This document shows positions 38,827-52,202 of a stretch of 64,000 nucleotides of DNA, one piece after another. Below the pieces are notes generated by a model that was not told where the DNA came from, did not search any database, and saw nothing but the letters and a program-made list of their open reading frames with translations. The position numbers and the translations under genes are program-made. The DNA comes from Lytechinus pictus (taxonomy: Eukaryota), in the NCBI RefSeq assembly GCF_037042905.1, contig NC_087251.1, positions 35,464,001 to 35,528,000 on the forward strand, given 5' to 3'. Each line of letters starts with the position of its first letter. Position 1 is the first letter of the stretch.

Positions 38827-41153
38827 TAAATTGTTGTTTCATTATTTCCCCTCCCCGAACTGAAGCAAGGATCGACGCCCCCTCTTCAGTAAATGCTTAC
38901 ACAAACACTCTACGGCCTTATTTTAAGTATTTTGTTGACAGAATAAACGCCTAGAATTTTCAGGAAGACCTTTCTATTTTTGCAATGTTGACATTTCTCT
39001 TTTTGAAATGAGACGCATAAATCATCAGGAGTATTTTGTGTGTCTTTAAATTCAAGATGTACTTCCCGATAACGATTTTCTAGGACTGAAAGCAAATATA
39101 GAGTCCTCTCATGGCAAATGGAGATCGGTCAGACGTTACCTAACGTATGGGAGATGATAATTAGAATAGATAACGAGTGACAAAGAGCCGCAGAGAACTC
39201 GCAGAATACATCCTTTTATTTTATCCATCACTTCAGCTGAGGTAGAGAAAATAAGAGATATCTGAGATCTAACGAAGACATGAGAAATACGTGTATATTG
39301 AAACATAATATATTAAGTGTAGGTCGGATGAAAATAAAAACGAATGGTGAGAGAATCGTAAGATTACAAAGGTCGGAAAATTGGGAAAACATGGTTACCC
39401 TCCATTCATAACAATACAATGTTATTGCGCTAAATCAATTAATATGCCTGATTACAAGCAGAAGAGGTAACAGCAAAATTGTAAAGTATATCAATAAGAT
39501 AAAGTTCATCTTTAGCATTTTTAATGAGAAGAAATTATCATATTCACTTATTTAGGACGGCTCGCTGCGGCTTAACTGCGTTTTACAGAGTATGGGCAGG
39601 TGTGTTAAACCACTTTTCATCGAAACCTCAACATTGAATAATGTCTATATTGACCTGTTGGTTTCACATTAAGTATTTACATCGAAAGTAAACCAATTAA
39701 GGTTTCAGTAACACAAGCATTAAAACTACCCAAATTGGGATGTTAAATCTGACACCACTTGGTGTTTCCAGTGAACCACACCCTGAGGAGTTAGAATTAC
39801 ACCCTAGAGAATGAACATAACACCATAGGGTGTAAAATTAACAACCAAATGTGTTGTGATAACACTCACAGGTCATGTAGAAAGGTCTATTGAACTAACA
39901 CTAAATGTTAACACTGGAGTAAGATGAATGATGTGTTACACTAATAACTACCAGTTTTTGCTGTGCATTATGTTTGTATTCATTCGTGACGACTGGTCCG
40001 AGTTAATTTCTTTTCAGCATTCGTCATGACCTACATGTATTTAATCAAGAGTTTACAGCGAATCAGTCTATACTTCCCATTACTCAGAGTACAACAAAAT
40101 TTAAGCTTTCCCTTAAACATTGAGAAAAAAATGTCACTATTTTGATCATTTCGCTAGTGACATTTGGAGCATGCCTGGATAAAAAAAAATATGATCCAGC
40201 GTTCCTAATGACTACCAACCGCAAAGAAAAGATTTCTATTTTCATCATGTGACATTCCCCGGACGAAAACCACACGCATGAGCCCAAAGGATAGATGAAT
40301 TTCCGGTGAAAATGTCATCATCATTTTCAAAAGCATCATGTGACTCGAATATATTGTTTGTATCCATCTTTCTTGTTTGTTGTATGAATAGATAATTGAA
40401 AATGCACTATAGCTAGCTTTAGAGTCAGTTAAAGTTATTTGCTAAGTTGAATGTAACAACTGTTAGAGATGGATATAAATGAGCTTAATCTTTTGTATCG
40501 TTTTTTTCTGGGGGGAGCAAGAACAGAGAGTAATTAAATTGATAGTCATTATGAAAACGTTACCAACAGACATATTCTTGGTTAAAATATGATGCGATGA
40601 AGATAAACTACAATTTTTTAAATAAAAACCTTGAATGAAATTGATATCAAATCTTTATTATGATTATACATGTTATATAATAATATATTATACATGTTAT
40701 ATGGAAATAAGTTGATTACTGATTTCTTTTTTTTTTAGATATAAAGAAGTATCTCAAGCCGTTTCTTTTCACTCTTTTGTTTATTTTTGGTTAAATTGTT
40801 TTGGTATTACTTGCAGTACATAATCACCGTTTCCTTTTTCTAACTTCCACCAATTTAATTTGCCCCACCCCCCCCCCGCCCCTTTCCATGCAATTCCTTA
40901 TTCTACATAATGATACAATTAGTATCCCTGGCAAATAAATTAAATAATTATATTTTATTCACAGATATTTTGAAAATGCTTGCACGAATTTTACTTTTTT
41001 CTGGGTGTGTTTTTCGTATTTTGTTTTTGTGTTTGCTATCGATATGAACTATAGTGCACATCAAAGTTAAAGATTTAAAAATATGTCTTAATGTCACCGC
41101 AAAGTCTTAAGAAAGTGTGTTTGCCCAAAATGCATTATTTTTTCAACTCAAAC

Positions 41154-41262
41154 CATTCTTCTTTTTCGTGATCATTATTATGAATGTTTTGGATGTTTGT
41201 TGATTCTCGATTGAGTGTTCTCCTGTTAACCTCTGGGGTTCCACGCCCATGACGTAAGACCT
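41154..41262 (-). CDS. Candidate internal or cassette exon
   Basis: Acceptor tgtggtttcag| and donor ATG|gtttga; 109 nt, open in phase 1: (E)VLRHGRGTPEVNRRTLNRESTNIQNIHNNDHEKEE. It ends in phase 2, so it needs a partner exon to keep frame. Confidence 0.25.
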
Positions 41263-42294
41263 CTGAAACCACACGTGCAAGGAGACGAAAATAGAGCGGA
41301 CAGCATTTCAAGCGTGCTTTTTTTAGCCTCGGAATCACATAATTCAATACGAATGTTGTTTTTTAATCTCATTGTTAGAACAGGAGATGCATATAATGAG
41401 AACGGACCAAGGATGGGAAAACATCAAAGGATTGATGACAGCCATAACAAAAATGCGTCTTGACACCAGATATGGAAAGGCAACTGTTGGGTTACTATAG
41501 CGTTTCTGACTGGAAGGGTCGACTTTACAGGTGTGTGGCGTTCAACGGACATGAGCTTGATAGAAAATGCTTCTCAGTTTCAATAACAACAATTGAAGGT
41601 GTCCTCTTCGGCAGCCATTAAACAAAACCATTACAGACTTCAAGCATTTACGAATATTTTTTTCCTGTATCTTGCCCCCCCCCCCCAGAACAGTTTCAAG
41701 TTCCGAGTTCTAGATTTTCGTTTGGCTTTATTTTTCACCTTTTTCTGAATGAAAAAAAATGATACAAAAGATTGGTTAAATGAAAAGTTTGTCCAACCTT
41801 CTCAATTGTATCCCTTGATCTTTTATCTTCAATTTCTTAGCATCTGTTATCGAGCTAAGAGCGTGAAAGGTCCTTGCGCGGTTTCGTATATACATTCTGT
41901 CGTAATTATCCGGGAATTTAATCGAAAACCCCACCACATAATTCCTCTAAAGCACAACTCGACCAGTCCCGAAACCACATCGCCTTGAATGTTGTCTTGG
42001 CTTATTTGTTGTGAAAATTGATTGCAAACAGACATTCCTGTTTGATCGACTGTGATTTTAAACAACATTTGCTTTGTTGTTGATAAATGTTTTGTGATTG
42101 CATTATTTACATCTGGGATCGGTCTAACGTCACCATCCCAAGGGTTTATATCTGATTTATGATGATAATGCTTTTGATTGATTTGATTATTTGTATTTCT
42201 TTTTAATTTTTGTTATTATTCGAAATTGTGTAATTATTTCCACGATAATTATTTTTAGAGGGTTGCTGTATTGGTAGGATTTCATAAATGAGTG

Positions 42295-42595
42295 TTTCGG
42301 AAAATAAAAAGAAAAGAAGAAGAATTAAAAAAATACAGAAGAAGAAGATGAATGAAAAGAATAATATGAAGAAAAAGAAAAAAAGAAAAGGAAAAAATAA
42401 AAAAGAGGAAGAATGAAAAGAACAAGAACAAGAAGAACAATATGAACAAGAAAACAAAAAGAATAGGGAAACGAAATAAAAAAGGATTAGAAGAAGAAGA
42501 ACAAGAAGAAGAAGTAGAAGAACAAGAAGAAGAAGGGTGAAAAGAGGAAACGAACAACAACAATTAAAAAACGTAGAGAGAAACTAAAAAGAACG
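42295..42595. repeat. (GAA)n / purine-rich low-complexity tract
   Basis: Explains the F/S-rich minus-strand ORFs. Confidence 0.85.
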
Positions 42596-44443
42596 GTGAG
42601 AGTTCAATAATTGAATCTTGACAATAAATCAGTTCTATAACGTCACCTAAACCTCTATGGGCAACGGTTCATAACAGCTATTTCCAGGAAGCAATCTTAT
42701 ACACAAATTATGTACAGAAATACTTGCAAAGAAGTATGAATATATTATGAGCTTTGTATAACAAGGACTCAAAGATGGAGGATTTGACGAATTTAATGGG
42801 GACCCGTCTCAGGTGACGAAACAGGATACATAAAGGTCACATGGGAAATATCTGCAAACAAGCTCCATGAATAGTAAAATCTGCTTATACGCAAAGTCAT
42901 CCTAGGAGAAAGCCTTAGTCAAATGCGACTACGGCGTGTCTTCTTCGTCAAGACAAGGCGTTTAAACTCCTTTATGTAAAAGGTACAGTCGTTGAAGACA
43001 CTACGACGTCAAATATCAGTTAGTTAGGTCTCAAGGGACGATGGTTCTATCTTCGGCTATGAAAATGGGGCAATGCCAATTCATCGGATCTGCCTGTTGT
43101 TGCTTTCCCCTCCTGAAAACTTGAGGTTCTAAGGAATTGTAGATTATTCGATATCATGGATTCCCATTATGAAAAGCTTTCAACCTCGTTTGAATTATTC
43201 AATGTATTAATTTTCTTTTTTTTTGCCCTCCATACTGGTAAGGAGTGAGGGTTGTTTAGATTTGGGTGAGAGGGCTGGAAATGAAGACTTAAATAAATTA
43301 TTTTGGTTTTTTCAAAGACAGATAGGAAGACATTGCTGGGGAGAAGAAATTTGTTTCAGTTACCAGGGTATTGACTAAAGAGAGTCCAGAATGATATTCT
43401 TAAACACTTCATCTTGAATGAATATTGTGACTACCTCATTCACGTGATACTGTTTCCTTATGATGGCTTAAAACAAAGTAGTATGCTATGCATTCAGTAT
43501 CTCGTATTCATAAAGCCAACGAGACTGCGTTCTATAATGATTAGGTTTTAAGCAGAGATTACGCCTGAGAAAGCGATTTTCCATTCTGACATATTTTCGT
43601 CTTTACATCGTTTCTCCCGAGTCACATAATATAGTCGTAAATTAGTCATCCTGGCACCATGGTCCCACGATGACTTTATTGGAGATTCATATCTATTATG
43701 GATTTACTTGCTACAAGATTTTAGGCGGGAAGGTGCTCCCGAAATCGTGTAACTGACAACCTCCTTTTTTGCTGCTCAGAAAATATTATTGTTAACGGGG
43801 AAAATTCCAACAAAAGTGGTGATGACTATTTGTTTTATCATGAAATTTATATTGACGATGCTCAATCACCACCCATCCCCCCCCCTCCCCCTCCTCCGAC
43901 GATGTTTGTTAGATAAGCCACTTGTAAGATGTTGTAGGTTGAATGATAATATTAAGAGCATGATGATTATCAAAATATGAATCAGAAGAAGACTGAGCTG
44001 AAATTAACAGAACCGAACGGACAAACCTCTCAATAATTCCTAATTAGACCGCGGGAACGAAGTCCACTTGCATTCCTTTTCATGTCTCCGATAAAATAAG
44101 CATCGGCCAGGATGTGGCATGGTGGTTGGCGATGGGACAGCTCCGACAAGCAAGAGCGCGGGAACTAGAAATTAGGTCGATTAAATCATAATGTTTGATT
44201 GCTATTCAACACCTGAGATCATGATGTCTCCGTTCGCCCACGTCATATTGTTTCCGCTTGAGAGCAGACTGCATTATCAACACCACCCCTTCTCTATTTC
44301 TCTCTCACTTTCTCTCTCCCTCTCTCACACACACACACACACTCACCTCCCTATCTCTCACATATACATACACACACACACATGTTCTCTCTATCCTCCG
44401 TCACCTTATTTTCCTCTCTCTCTTCCCTTTCCTATGAAAACTT

Positions 44444-44907
44444 GAGGCTGTTCTCACTCAGTTCCTTAAACTAGTTTAGTGGAAACTAGTTTAGTGGAAA
44501 CTAGTTTAACGCTAAGTGAGAACGGTCGAAGCGCTCTTGGAAGCGCTCTTCCAAACCAGTTTGGAAGACCACCTCGCGATGTAGTTTTTTAAGATCGCTT
44601 CGCATAGGAAAAGTGGTTTTAGCGTAAGTGAGGACACAACCGTTCTTCGGGAAGCGATCTTCGCACATTTTGAGCGCGCTACTCCACACGACAGGTGTAG
44701 AATGCCTATGCTGCGGTTTCGAATTTCGCGCGAAACGTGTCTCCCCACTGGGAGCGTTTCCATAGCAACAAGAGCGCTATACGTGAAGTGATTTTGAAAA
44801 CCACTTTCGTGTGATCAAGTGAGAACGCTAGCAAAGCGATCTTCCAAACTGGCTTTCTGAACCGGTTCCCAGTAAACTAGTTTTAGGAACGTAGTGAGAA
44901 CAGCCTC
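44444..44907. mobile_element. PIF/Harbinger-like MITE with a 3-bp TSD
   Basis: CTT|GAGGCTGTTCTCACT ... AGTGAGAACAGCCTC|CTT; repeated AAACTAGTTT and GTGAGAAC submotifs. Confidence 0.88.
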
Positions 44908-46466
44908 CTTGTCTTTCCCAGGGGCGCCAGCAGGATATTTTGACCGAGGAGGGGGGGGGGGGAGACGAACTAAATGTGACGTCATCTTTTCTCTTAATTG
45001 AATTATTGAGATATTATAGCGTTACACGGCCAAGACCTCTCCCTTATTGTACTCTTCCTCTCATTTTCTTCCTTTTCTCCCCTTTTTCGATATTTTTCTG
45101 TATTTTTTAACTACTTGAAAAATCATAAAAGCGTCCCCTTCCCCTGGCCACATCCTTTGTGACGCCGACCCCTGGTCTCTAACCTCCGGGATCTCCCTCT
45201 CCCTCCTCCTTTCCTTGGGATCTGATGGTTATTTCCTTCCAGATGACCGACGCCCTTCGCGCCGATTCCATGCCCCGCCAGTTTAAAGAGATCTCGCTTT
45301 CTTTATCTACAGTCCCATGTTCTCAAACGTCCCATAGCAGCTGTCCTGTGAATATGTTCCGGCCCATGCATTTCCAAACCCTTGCTCTTTATGTATACTC
45401 TTTTTAAAAAAAAAAATTCTCCTGGATTTTCTTTCTCTTTTTTTTCTGATTGTGAGTATTCTTCTTTTTTTTTTGGTAGGGCTGTGCACTCCAAACCCAG
45501 TGTCTCAGATCTCTTGCTCGATATCACTATCCTCCTTTCCCTTTCCCTGTCTCCCCTCTCTTATTTACCCTCTTTGATTTTTTTTTCTTTTTTCTGAGTC
45601 TAATCTTATTCAGATTTGTACCTTTTCATATACTAAAATTTTACTCAAATTTAGGTTATTGTATCTGATACCTCCTTTTTTATTATATCCTTTTGATGAG
45701 AAAGTTATCGAGCTCGGAACGTATATCGTATTCTTTGTGCAACATGTTTCTTTTTTTTTTTATGAGAGCGCTTTGAAACCATGCAACCAACAACAGTGGG
45801 GTAAACAAATAGTTGTTTCAATGAAAATTTGAATCTATGAATTCATACTGCCTACAATTATACAATAATGTACAATACAAAACAATCATACTAATTAAAC
45901 CATGTTTATCAGTGGCGAGCGCTGGATATGATCAAATGTGAAAAATAAATTTGATCCACATCCCATTCAGACAAATTTGATGACAAGTCGATAACTCATT
46001 TTCATTTCTCATTCAGAGATTATACCCAAAATCATTCAGTGGTGGCACCCATTGGAGTCAATGCCCTGGATATGTAGACGGGAGGGTAATGTCTTAGTTG
46101 ATAGGGTAATGTCCTGCAGTATTGAGACGTCAGAGCCAGCTTAAGGCACAGTCACACCAACGAAACTGACTCCAAACCGACTGATGGTACGTCATTGAGA
46201 ATAATGTAATAGCTTTGCTCTGTCTGGAATCGGTTTCCTCGGTCTAGCTGTAGCATTACAGGGGAAATATAAGCGTGAATAATTTATTTTACGGATTTCG
46301 TGGACTCCAAAAATACACGTACAGTCCATTCAACGGTATATTAGAATTTCAAAAGTGTGGTGGAAATGATGTCCTACACACTGAGAAAAAGAGATACAGT
46401 TTGCACTCTTCAAATGGAAGATTTTGAGCTCCTTTTGGGTGCCACTCTCTTTTCATGGTGCAATTA

Positions 46467-46632
46467 CACTGTCAAAAATAATGTGCTAATTTAGCACTTA
46501 CAGTGCTTGTATAGTGACTGCACTACGAGTGCTGATTTTCTAGTTCAAATTTAAACTAGAAAATCAGCACTCGTAGTGCAGTCACTATACAAGCACTGCA
46601 AGTGCTAAATTAGCACATTATTTTTTACAGTG
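46467..46632. mobile_element. Near-perfect 166-bp palindromic CACTG-ended MITE, nested in an older element (about 46378-46847)
   Basis: TA|CACTGT...AAAATAATGTGCTAATTTAGCACTT ... AAGTGCTAAATTAGCACATTATTTT...ACAGTG|TA. Confidence 0.9.
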
Positions 46633-47246
46633 TATAGCTGTATGGTAGGGTACATAGTTGTTCCCTTCATGGAAGTTGTATATTTACACCTTTTAAAATC
46701 AAGAATTAATGCTCCATAAAAGGTCATATTTTAAGGTGAAAACGGGAATTTCCGTCTCACTTAGGTGGAAAGATTGCATCTCAAAAGCTTATGCCAGTGT
46801 CGCAACTAGGGTACAATCTTCAATCTTCTTTTTTTTTGCTTAGCGTGTATTACCATTATAGATTTAAGGGGATGTGCCCCCCCCCCCCCTCTTACCCCTC
46901 TCCCGGATTGACCACGTTATCTTCATCTAACTTCTGAACTAACCAAATAAGATAGATCAAGTTTATAAGGTAGAAGTTCACCAAACGGTCAAGTAGAATT
47001 GAAAATGTATTGACAGAGCCGAGATCCAATAAGATGTTCAGTGAACTAAAAGGAAAGATGGAAATCAACGATTGGGTATGATTGAACGCCCGAGCAGACA
47101 AGCACTCACGCTTTACGTAGAAACCATGCAATATATGGCATTCCCTTGTCTTATTACATCTTTTTATTAATGCATGCAATCATTAAAAGTGACATCATGG
47201 TTCTTTCTTCATCCTTGGATTTGTTGAATATGAGTTTTCAACCATC

Positions 47247-50219
47247 TAGTCCAGGATAGGCCCCATAGAAAACTGACCAAACCTTGTTTTTTCATATATA
47301 CAATATTTTTTGATGGTTTCTTGTCAATTCGAAGGTCCTGATTACGAATCTGAATGATGTCACTTGTGTTACCTTGAGCATTTTCCGTCAATTGGCAAAA
47401 TCTAATATGGCCGCCAAAATATGCAAATTACCCATGAAAATCATAAAATTGCTCGCACATTGGTTATAAAATGTATGTATTTGTGTTGCAGGAGTAAAAT
47501 ACTCTCTGAAAAAAACGATTTTTGACAAAAAAAAATTTTCTAGACATTCAAAATGGCCGCCATAGACCCCTGTATTCTATGTTACATGTATGCACAATAT
47601 GAATGGGGAAAACTAAATTTCACAAAAGTGAGCACTAAATGCAAGTAATTGTGATTTTTAGTGAAATAATGGATGAAAACATGATTGCTAACGAAACGTA
47701 TCATTTGTTATGTCATTTATGTAATAAATGAAGCATTTTAATATTCAAAAAGCCACCAAATACCCTGACAGTATTATGTACACAATATTAATGGGGACAA
47801 AAGAAAATCACAAGAGTGAGCACTAAAATGCATATTACTAGATTTAAGATAAGCGAGTGGAATACTGGCTAAAACATAATTTTTAACGAAATATAAATGC
47901 AACTTATGTGATAAATGCTGTATTTTCACATTCAAAATGGCCACCATAGGCCCATTATACATTATGTACAATGCGATTGGAGAAATTAATTTGGCACAAG
48001 AGTAAGAACTATAAAATGCAAGTAGTTGTGATCACCGATTAAAATAATGTCTGAAAACATGTTTTCTAGCGAAACATATAATTTCTTTTGTCATGCATGA
48101 TAAATGCCGTGTTGTGAAATTCAAAATGGCCCCTATTAAAAGGCCCTGTAGGCCCTAACAGTATTATCTACAATGTAAATGGGGACATGTAATTTTGTAA
48201 GAATTTGGATTTACTTGATTATGAAATCCATAAAGTCCTGTTGTATGATAAAACATTATTTAAAAATATGATTTTTATGAAATATAGCATTTCTTCTGCC
48301 ATGTAAGTGATAAATACTGTATTTTGACATTCAAAATAGCGGATATGATCCCTAACTAATTATGTTACATGCGTATAGAGAATCTACTTTTTACAAGAGT
48401 GAGAATCATAAAATGCATGTAAATGTGATGTATGAGTAAAAATATTGTCTTTAAACATGATTTATAAATAAATCCATCACATATTGGTCATGGAGGTAAT
48501 AAATGTTGTACTTTGAAATTCAAAATGGCTGCCATAGGTCCTAAAAGTATTATGTTCATTGTAATTTGGGACATATAATTTTGATAGAATTTGGCTTTGC
48601 TTGACTATAAGTATTGCATATACTTGTGATGTAAGAGTGAAATATTGTCTAACACCATGGTTCCTAACGAGGTATATCATATCTGATGCATTTAAGGTGA
48701 TAAATGCTGCATTCTGAAATGGAAAATGGCCGCCATGGTCCATTATTTTATTATGTATAATTTGAATGAGGACAGATAATTTTTCACAAAAGGGCATATG
48801 GCGGCCATTTTTAATTTTGAAATATAACATTTATCACCTAAATTTTAGATGATATGATATATTTCGTTAGTAATCATGTTTTCAGGCAATATTTCACCCA
48901 TACGACACCATTTAGTCAAGCAAAGCCAACATTTGTTAAAATCATTTGTCCCCATTCACATTGTACATAATACTGTTGGGGCATGTAGCGGCCGTTTTGA
49001 CTTTCAAAATACAGTATTTATCACCTACCTGGCAGAAGAACCGATATATCTTGTTAGAAATTATGCTTTCAGACAATATTTTATTCATAGATCACAATTA
49101 CGTGCATTTTTGGTGCTCACTGACCTCACTCGTGTGAAAATTTATTTCCTAGTTTGCACTGTACATAATACAATCAATGTCTATGGCGGCCATTTTGAAA
49201 GTCAAACTACAGTATTAGACACAAACTTTAAACCTGAATGATATATTTCGTTAAAAATTATGTTTTTTATAAACAGTATCCCATTTATTCATCACAAATA
49301 AATGCATTTCAGTGCTCACTCTTGTGATTTCTTTGGTCCTCTTTCTCATTATACATAATACTGTTAGGGCCTTTGGCGGCCATTTTGAATATCAAAATAC
49401 AGCATTTATCACATACATGGCATATTAAATAATATGTTTCGTTAGCAATTGTGTTTTTAGTCAGTATTTCACTCGTTTCTCTTAAAAATATGCATTTTAG
49501 TTCTCACTCTTGCGATGATACTATTTCGGCCATTGGCAGCTATTTTGAATATTAAATACAACAATTTTCCCATACATGACATACTAAATGATATATCATG
49601 TTAGCATTGATAATTTTCATATATTACTTCGTCCATAGATCACAATTACTTGCAGTTTAGTGATTAGTTTAGTGAAAAAATTAATTGTCCCTATTCATAT
49701 TGTACATAATAGGGTATACAGCACTGATCTCTCCCCTATTTTATAGTGGAGAGATCAGTGGTATACAGAGGTCTGTGGCGGCCATTTTGAATATCAAGAA
49801 ATGTTTTGTCAAAAATTGTTTTTTCAGAGAGTATTTCACTGGTGCAACACAATTACATACATTAATAGCCAATTTGCTGGCAATTTTATGATTTTCATGG
49901 GTAATATGAATATTTTGGCGGCCATATTGGATTTTGCCAATTTGCGGAAAATGCTCAAGGTTACACGAGTGGCATCATTCAGATTCGTAATCAGCACCCT
50001 CGAATTGACAATTGCCAATTTGCTGGCAATTTTATGATTTTCATGGGTAATATGAATATTTTGGCGGCCATATTGGATTTTGCCAATTTGCGGAAAATGC
50101 TCAAGGTTACACGAGTGGCAACATTCAGATTCGTAATCAGCACCCTCGAATTGACAAGAAATCATCAAAAATATTGTATATATGAAAAAACAAGGTCATG
50201 CCTCTTCTATCCTGGACTA
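47247..50219. mobile_element. ~3-kb foldback element with TAG...CTA termini (Academ-like) and head-to-head ~190-bp repeat arrays
   Basis: TAGTCCAGGATAG ... CTATCCTGGACTA with long imperfect inverted arms. CAAAATGGCCGCC units run left-to-right up to about 48730 and GGCGGCCATTTTG units follow from about 48800. Confidence 0.85.
49722..49760. mobile_element. 39-bp hAT-type micro-MITE with a perfect 8-bp TSD
   Basis: GTATACAG|CACTGATCTCTCCCCTATTTTATAGTGGAGAGATCAGTG|GTATACAG. Confidence 0.88.
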
Positions 50220-51084
50220 AACGGGACGATGCTTTGCATTGCGACGTATTACAGATACAAGTTATACTTGGGGTTTAAAGAAAAATCGAGTAATTCCGAA
50301 TACATTCCTTCCCCCGCGTGGTTCTTGCAAGAATCCCACCACTGAAACCGTCTCCTGATTCATTATTTCAGATTTTGCTTTTCTTGCATAAGCTTTGACA
50401 TATCTGGACAAACCTGTATTGAGGAAGTTGAAGCATGAAAAACATATTTCGAGGACGAAAAACAAGGTTCGCATTTCTGTTCTTTTTTTATAAATGCAAT
50501 TGATATTGCTCTTTATGACACTGATATACACTATTTTTGGTAAACAAAGCATGCAAAATTAAAACTATTGAAGTTATCTGTAGGCATATTTCTCTCGAGG
50601 AAAATGACAATTTTAACAATTAATTTGGTGATTTAAGGGCTGTTGCTATTTTCAACCCCTTTAGGTCTTTATCAAGTTCTTGTCAGTGTTAAAATACACT
50701 GGATGAAGTACGTAATATGGGTGACACGACATCTGCTTCTGCGACAGTTGCTCCGGTCTTGATACATCAGAGGGCATAAGGATAGAGTTAGGATTGTAAT
50801 ACAGTTTTTTGGATTAGAAAGATAAAGGGATATTATTTAGTTTTGGAGGTTAGGTTTTATGTTTGGTTTGAGGTGCATTATGCCCATTTTTTCTGTTGTG
50901 TTTGGAAAGGAAAGGAGAGTTTCAGACTTCACATGTAAATTCAGAGGTAATTAGGACACTTACTTGTATGAGTTTAACCGAACTTAGCCAAACTTATTTT
51001 CGACTTAATGTGTGTATGTATAATCTTTGGTTAAGAAGGGAAACTGTTCCTTATAAAATACAAAACTGATTCTCGTTAGTTATA

Positions 51085-51958
51085 CAGGGTGTTTCTTTAA
51101 AAAAGGTAACCGAAGTTCAAAGGTCAGCTATATCAAAAATACAATTTTTTTTCTTGTGATTTCTATTCTACTTAAGTGAGTAACTCAACAACTTTGGTTT
51201 GACACCTTCCTTGTGTCACAATTGTCACGGGATACAGAGTTGTAGTCCATAGAAGGTGAAGGGTACAAAACCCAGTTTTTCCACGTTTTAGGTTTTTATG
51301 TACGAAACCTAGTTTGATGTAAGGTTTTGGTTTAATCAGAGTTTTTCCCTTCAAAATTTCAGTGAAATCCTATCCCCTTTGTTAACTCTTTGTGAGTTAC
51401 TGGCATGTCCACATCAACTGCCTAGCTTCAATCTCTGTTGAACACGTCATTCACCCCTAACTTTTGCACCAATACCTTCAACGTTTTCACGGAACCTCAC
51501 AGTTGACGCTGCATGTCTTGCGTTGCTTGCATTGCGGGATTTTGACGAAGAACAATTATTCTACGCTAAACATGTGTATGCAAATCACCGAGGATGAGCA
51601 GAGCCATAATTGCATCTAGACACCAGTTATGTAACATTTACTCCACAAAAATGTATAAGAAGGATAAAATTTCACTGAAATTTACAGGGAAAATCTCTGA
51701 AATCCCCAAAATCTTACAACAAAGTTGGTTTCGTGCTCGTACATTAAAACCCAAAACTTGGAAAAAATTGTTTTCGTACCCTTCGCCTTCGACGGACCAT
51801 AACTCTGTGACCTGTGACAGTTGTGACGCAAGGAAGGGGTCAAATTAAAGTTGATGAGTTACTCGATTGATGTAGAATAGAAATCACAAGAATAAATCAT
51901 GTATTCTTGATTAAGCTGACCTTTGAACTTCGGTTACCTTTTTTTTAGAAACACCCTG
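51085..51958. mobile_element. Tc1/mariner-type MITE
   Basis: TA|CAGGGTGTTTCT...GGTAACCGAAGTTCAAAGGTCAGCT ... AGCTGACCTTTGAACTTCGGTTACC...AGAAACACCCTG|TA; arms of about 220 bp. Confidence 0.92.
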
Positions 51959-52062
51959 TATAAAAATGTACTAACTTAAAATATAATGACAAGAATAATG
52001 TGCGCCATCAAGCCATTGTGAATTCGTCTTTAAAAATCACAATATGGCGCTAACTATTCTCC

Positions 52063-52202
52063 TTGGGGTTTTTCATGAAGCATTTTGAGAGTGATTTTCA
52101 CTGAATAGTTTATTCTGAGCTAATCAGATGCAAGGATGTCAGTAGCTTATCAAAATTGTCAGTGAAAATCGCCTACTGTTTGTTTCATGAAATACTCCCC
52201 TG
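52063..52202. mobile_element. ~140-bp MITE family, copy 4
   Basis: TTGGGGTTTTTCATGAAG ... TTTCATGAAATACTCCCCTG. Confidence 0.65.

Larger units (their letters stand above)
32740..38909 (+). repeat. Local segmental duplication (copy C) of about 22000-29803 (copy A)
   Basis: Colinear high similarity through Penelope, LINE, GC block, hammerhead, minisatellite and MITEs; ends at CAGTAAATGCTTACA.AAACACT in both copies. Confidence 0.93.

Noticed and set aside
42203-42563. Hydrophobic F/S-rich ORFs resembling membrane proteins
   Set aside because: Antisense translation of a (GAA)n tract.
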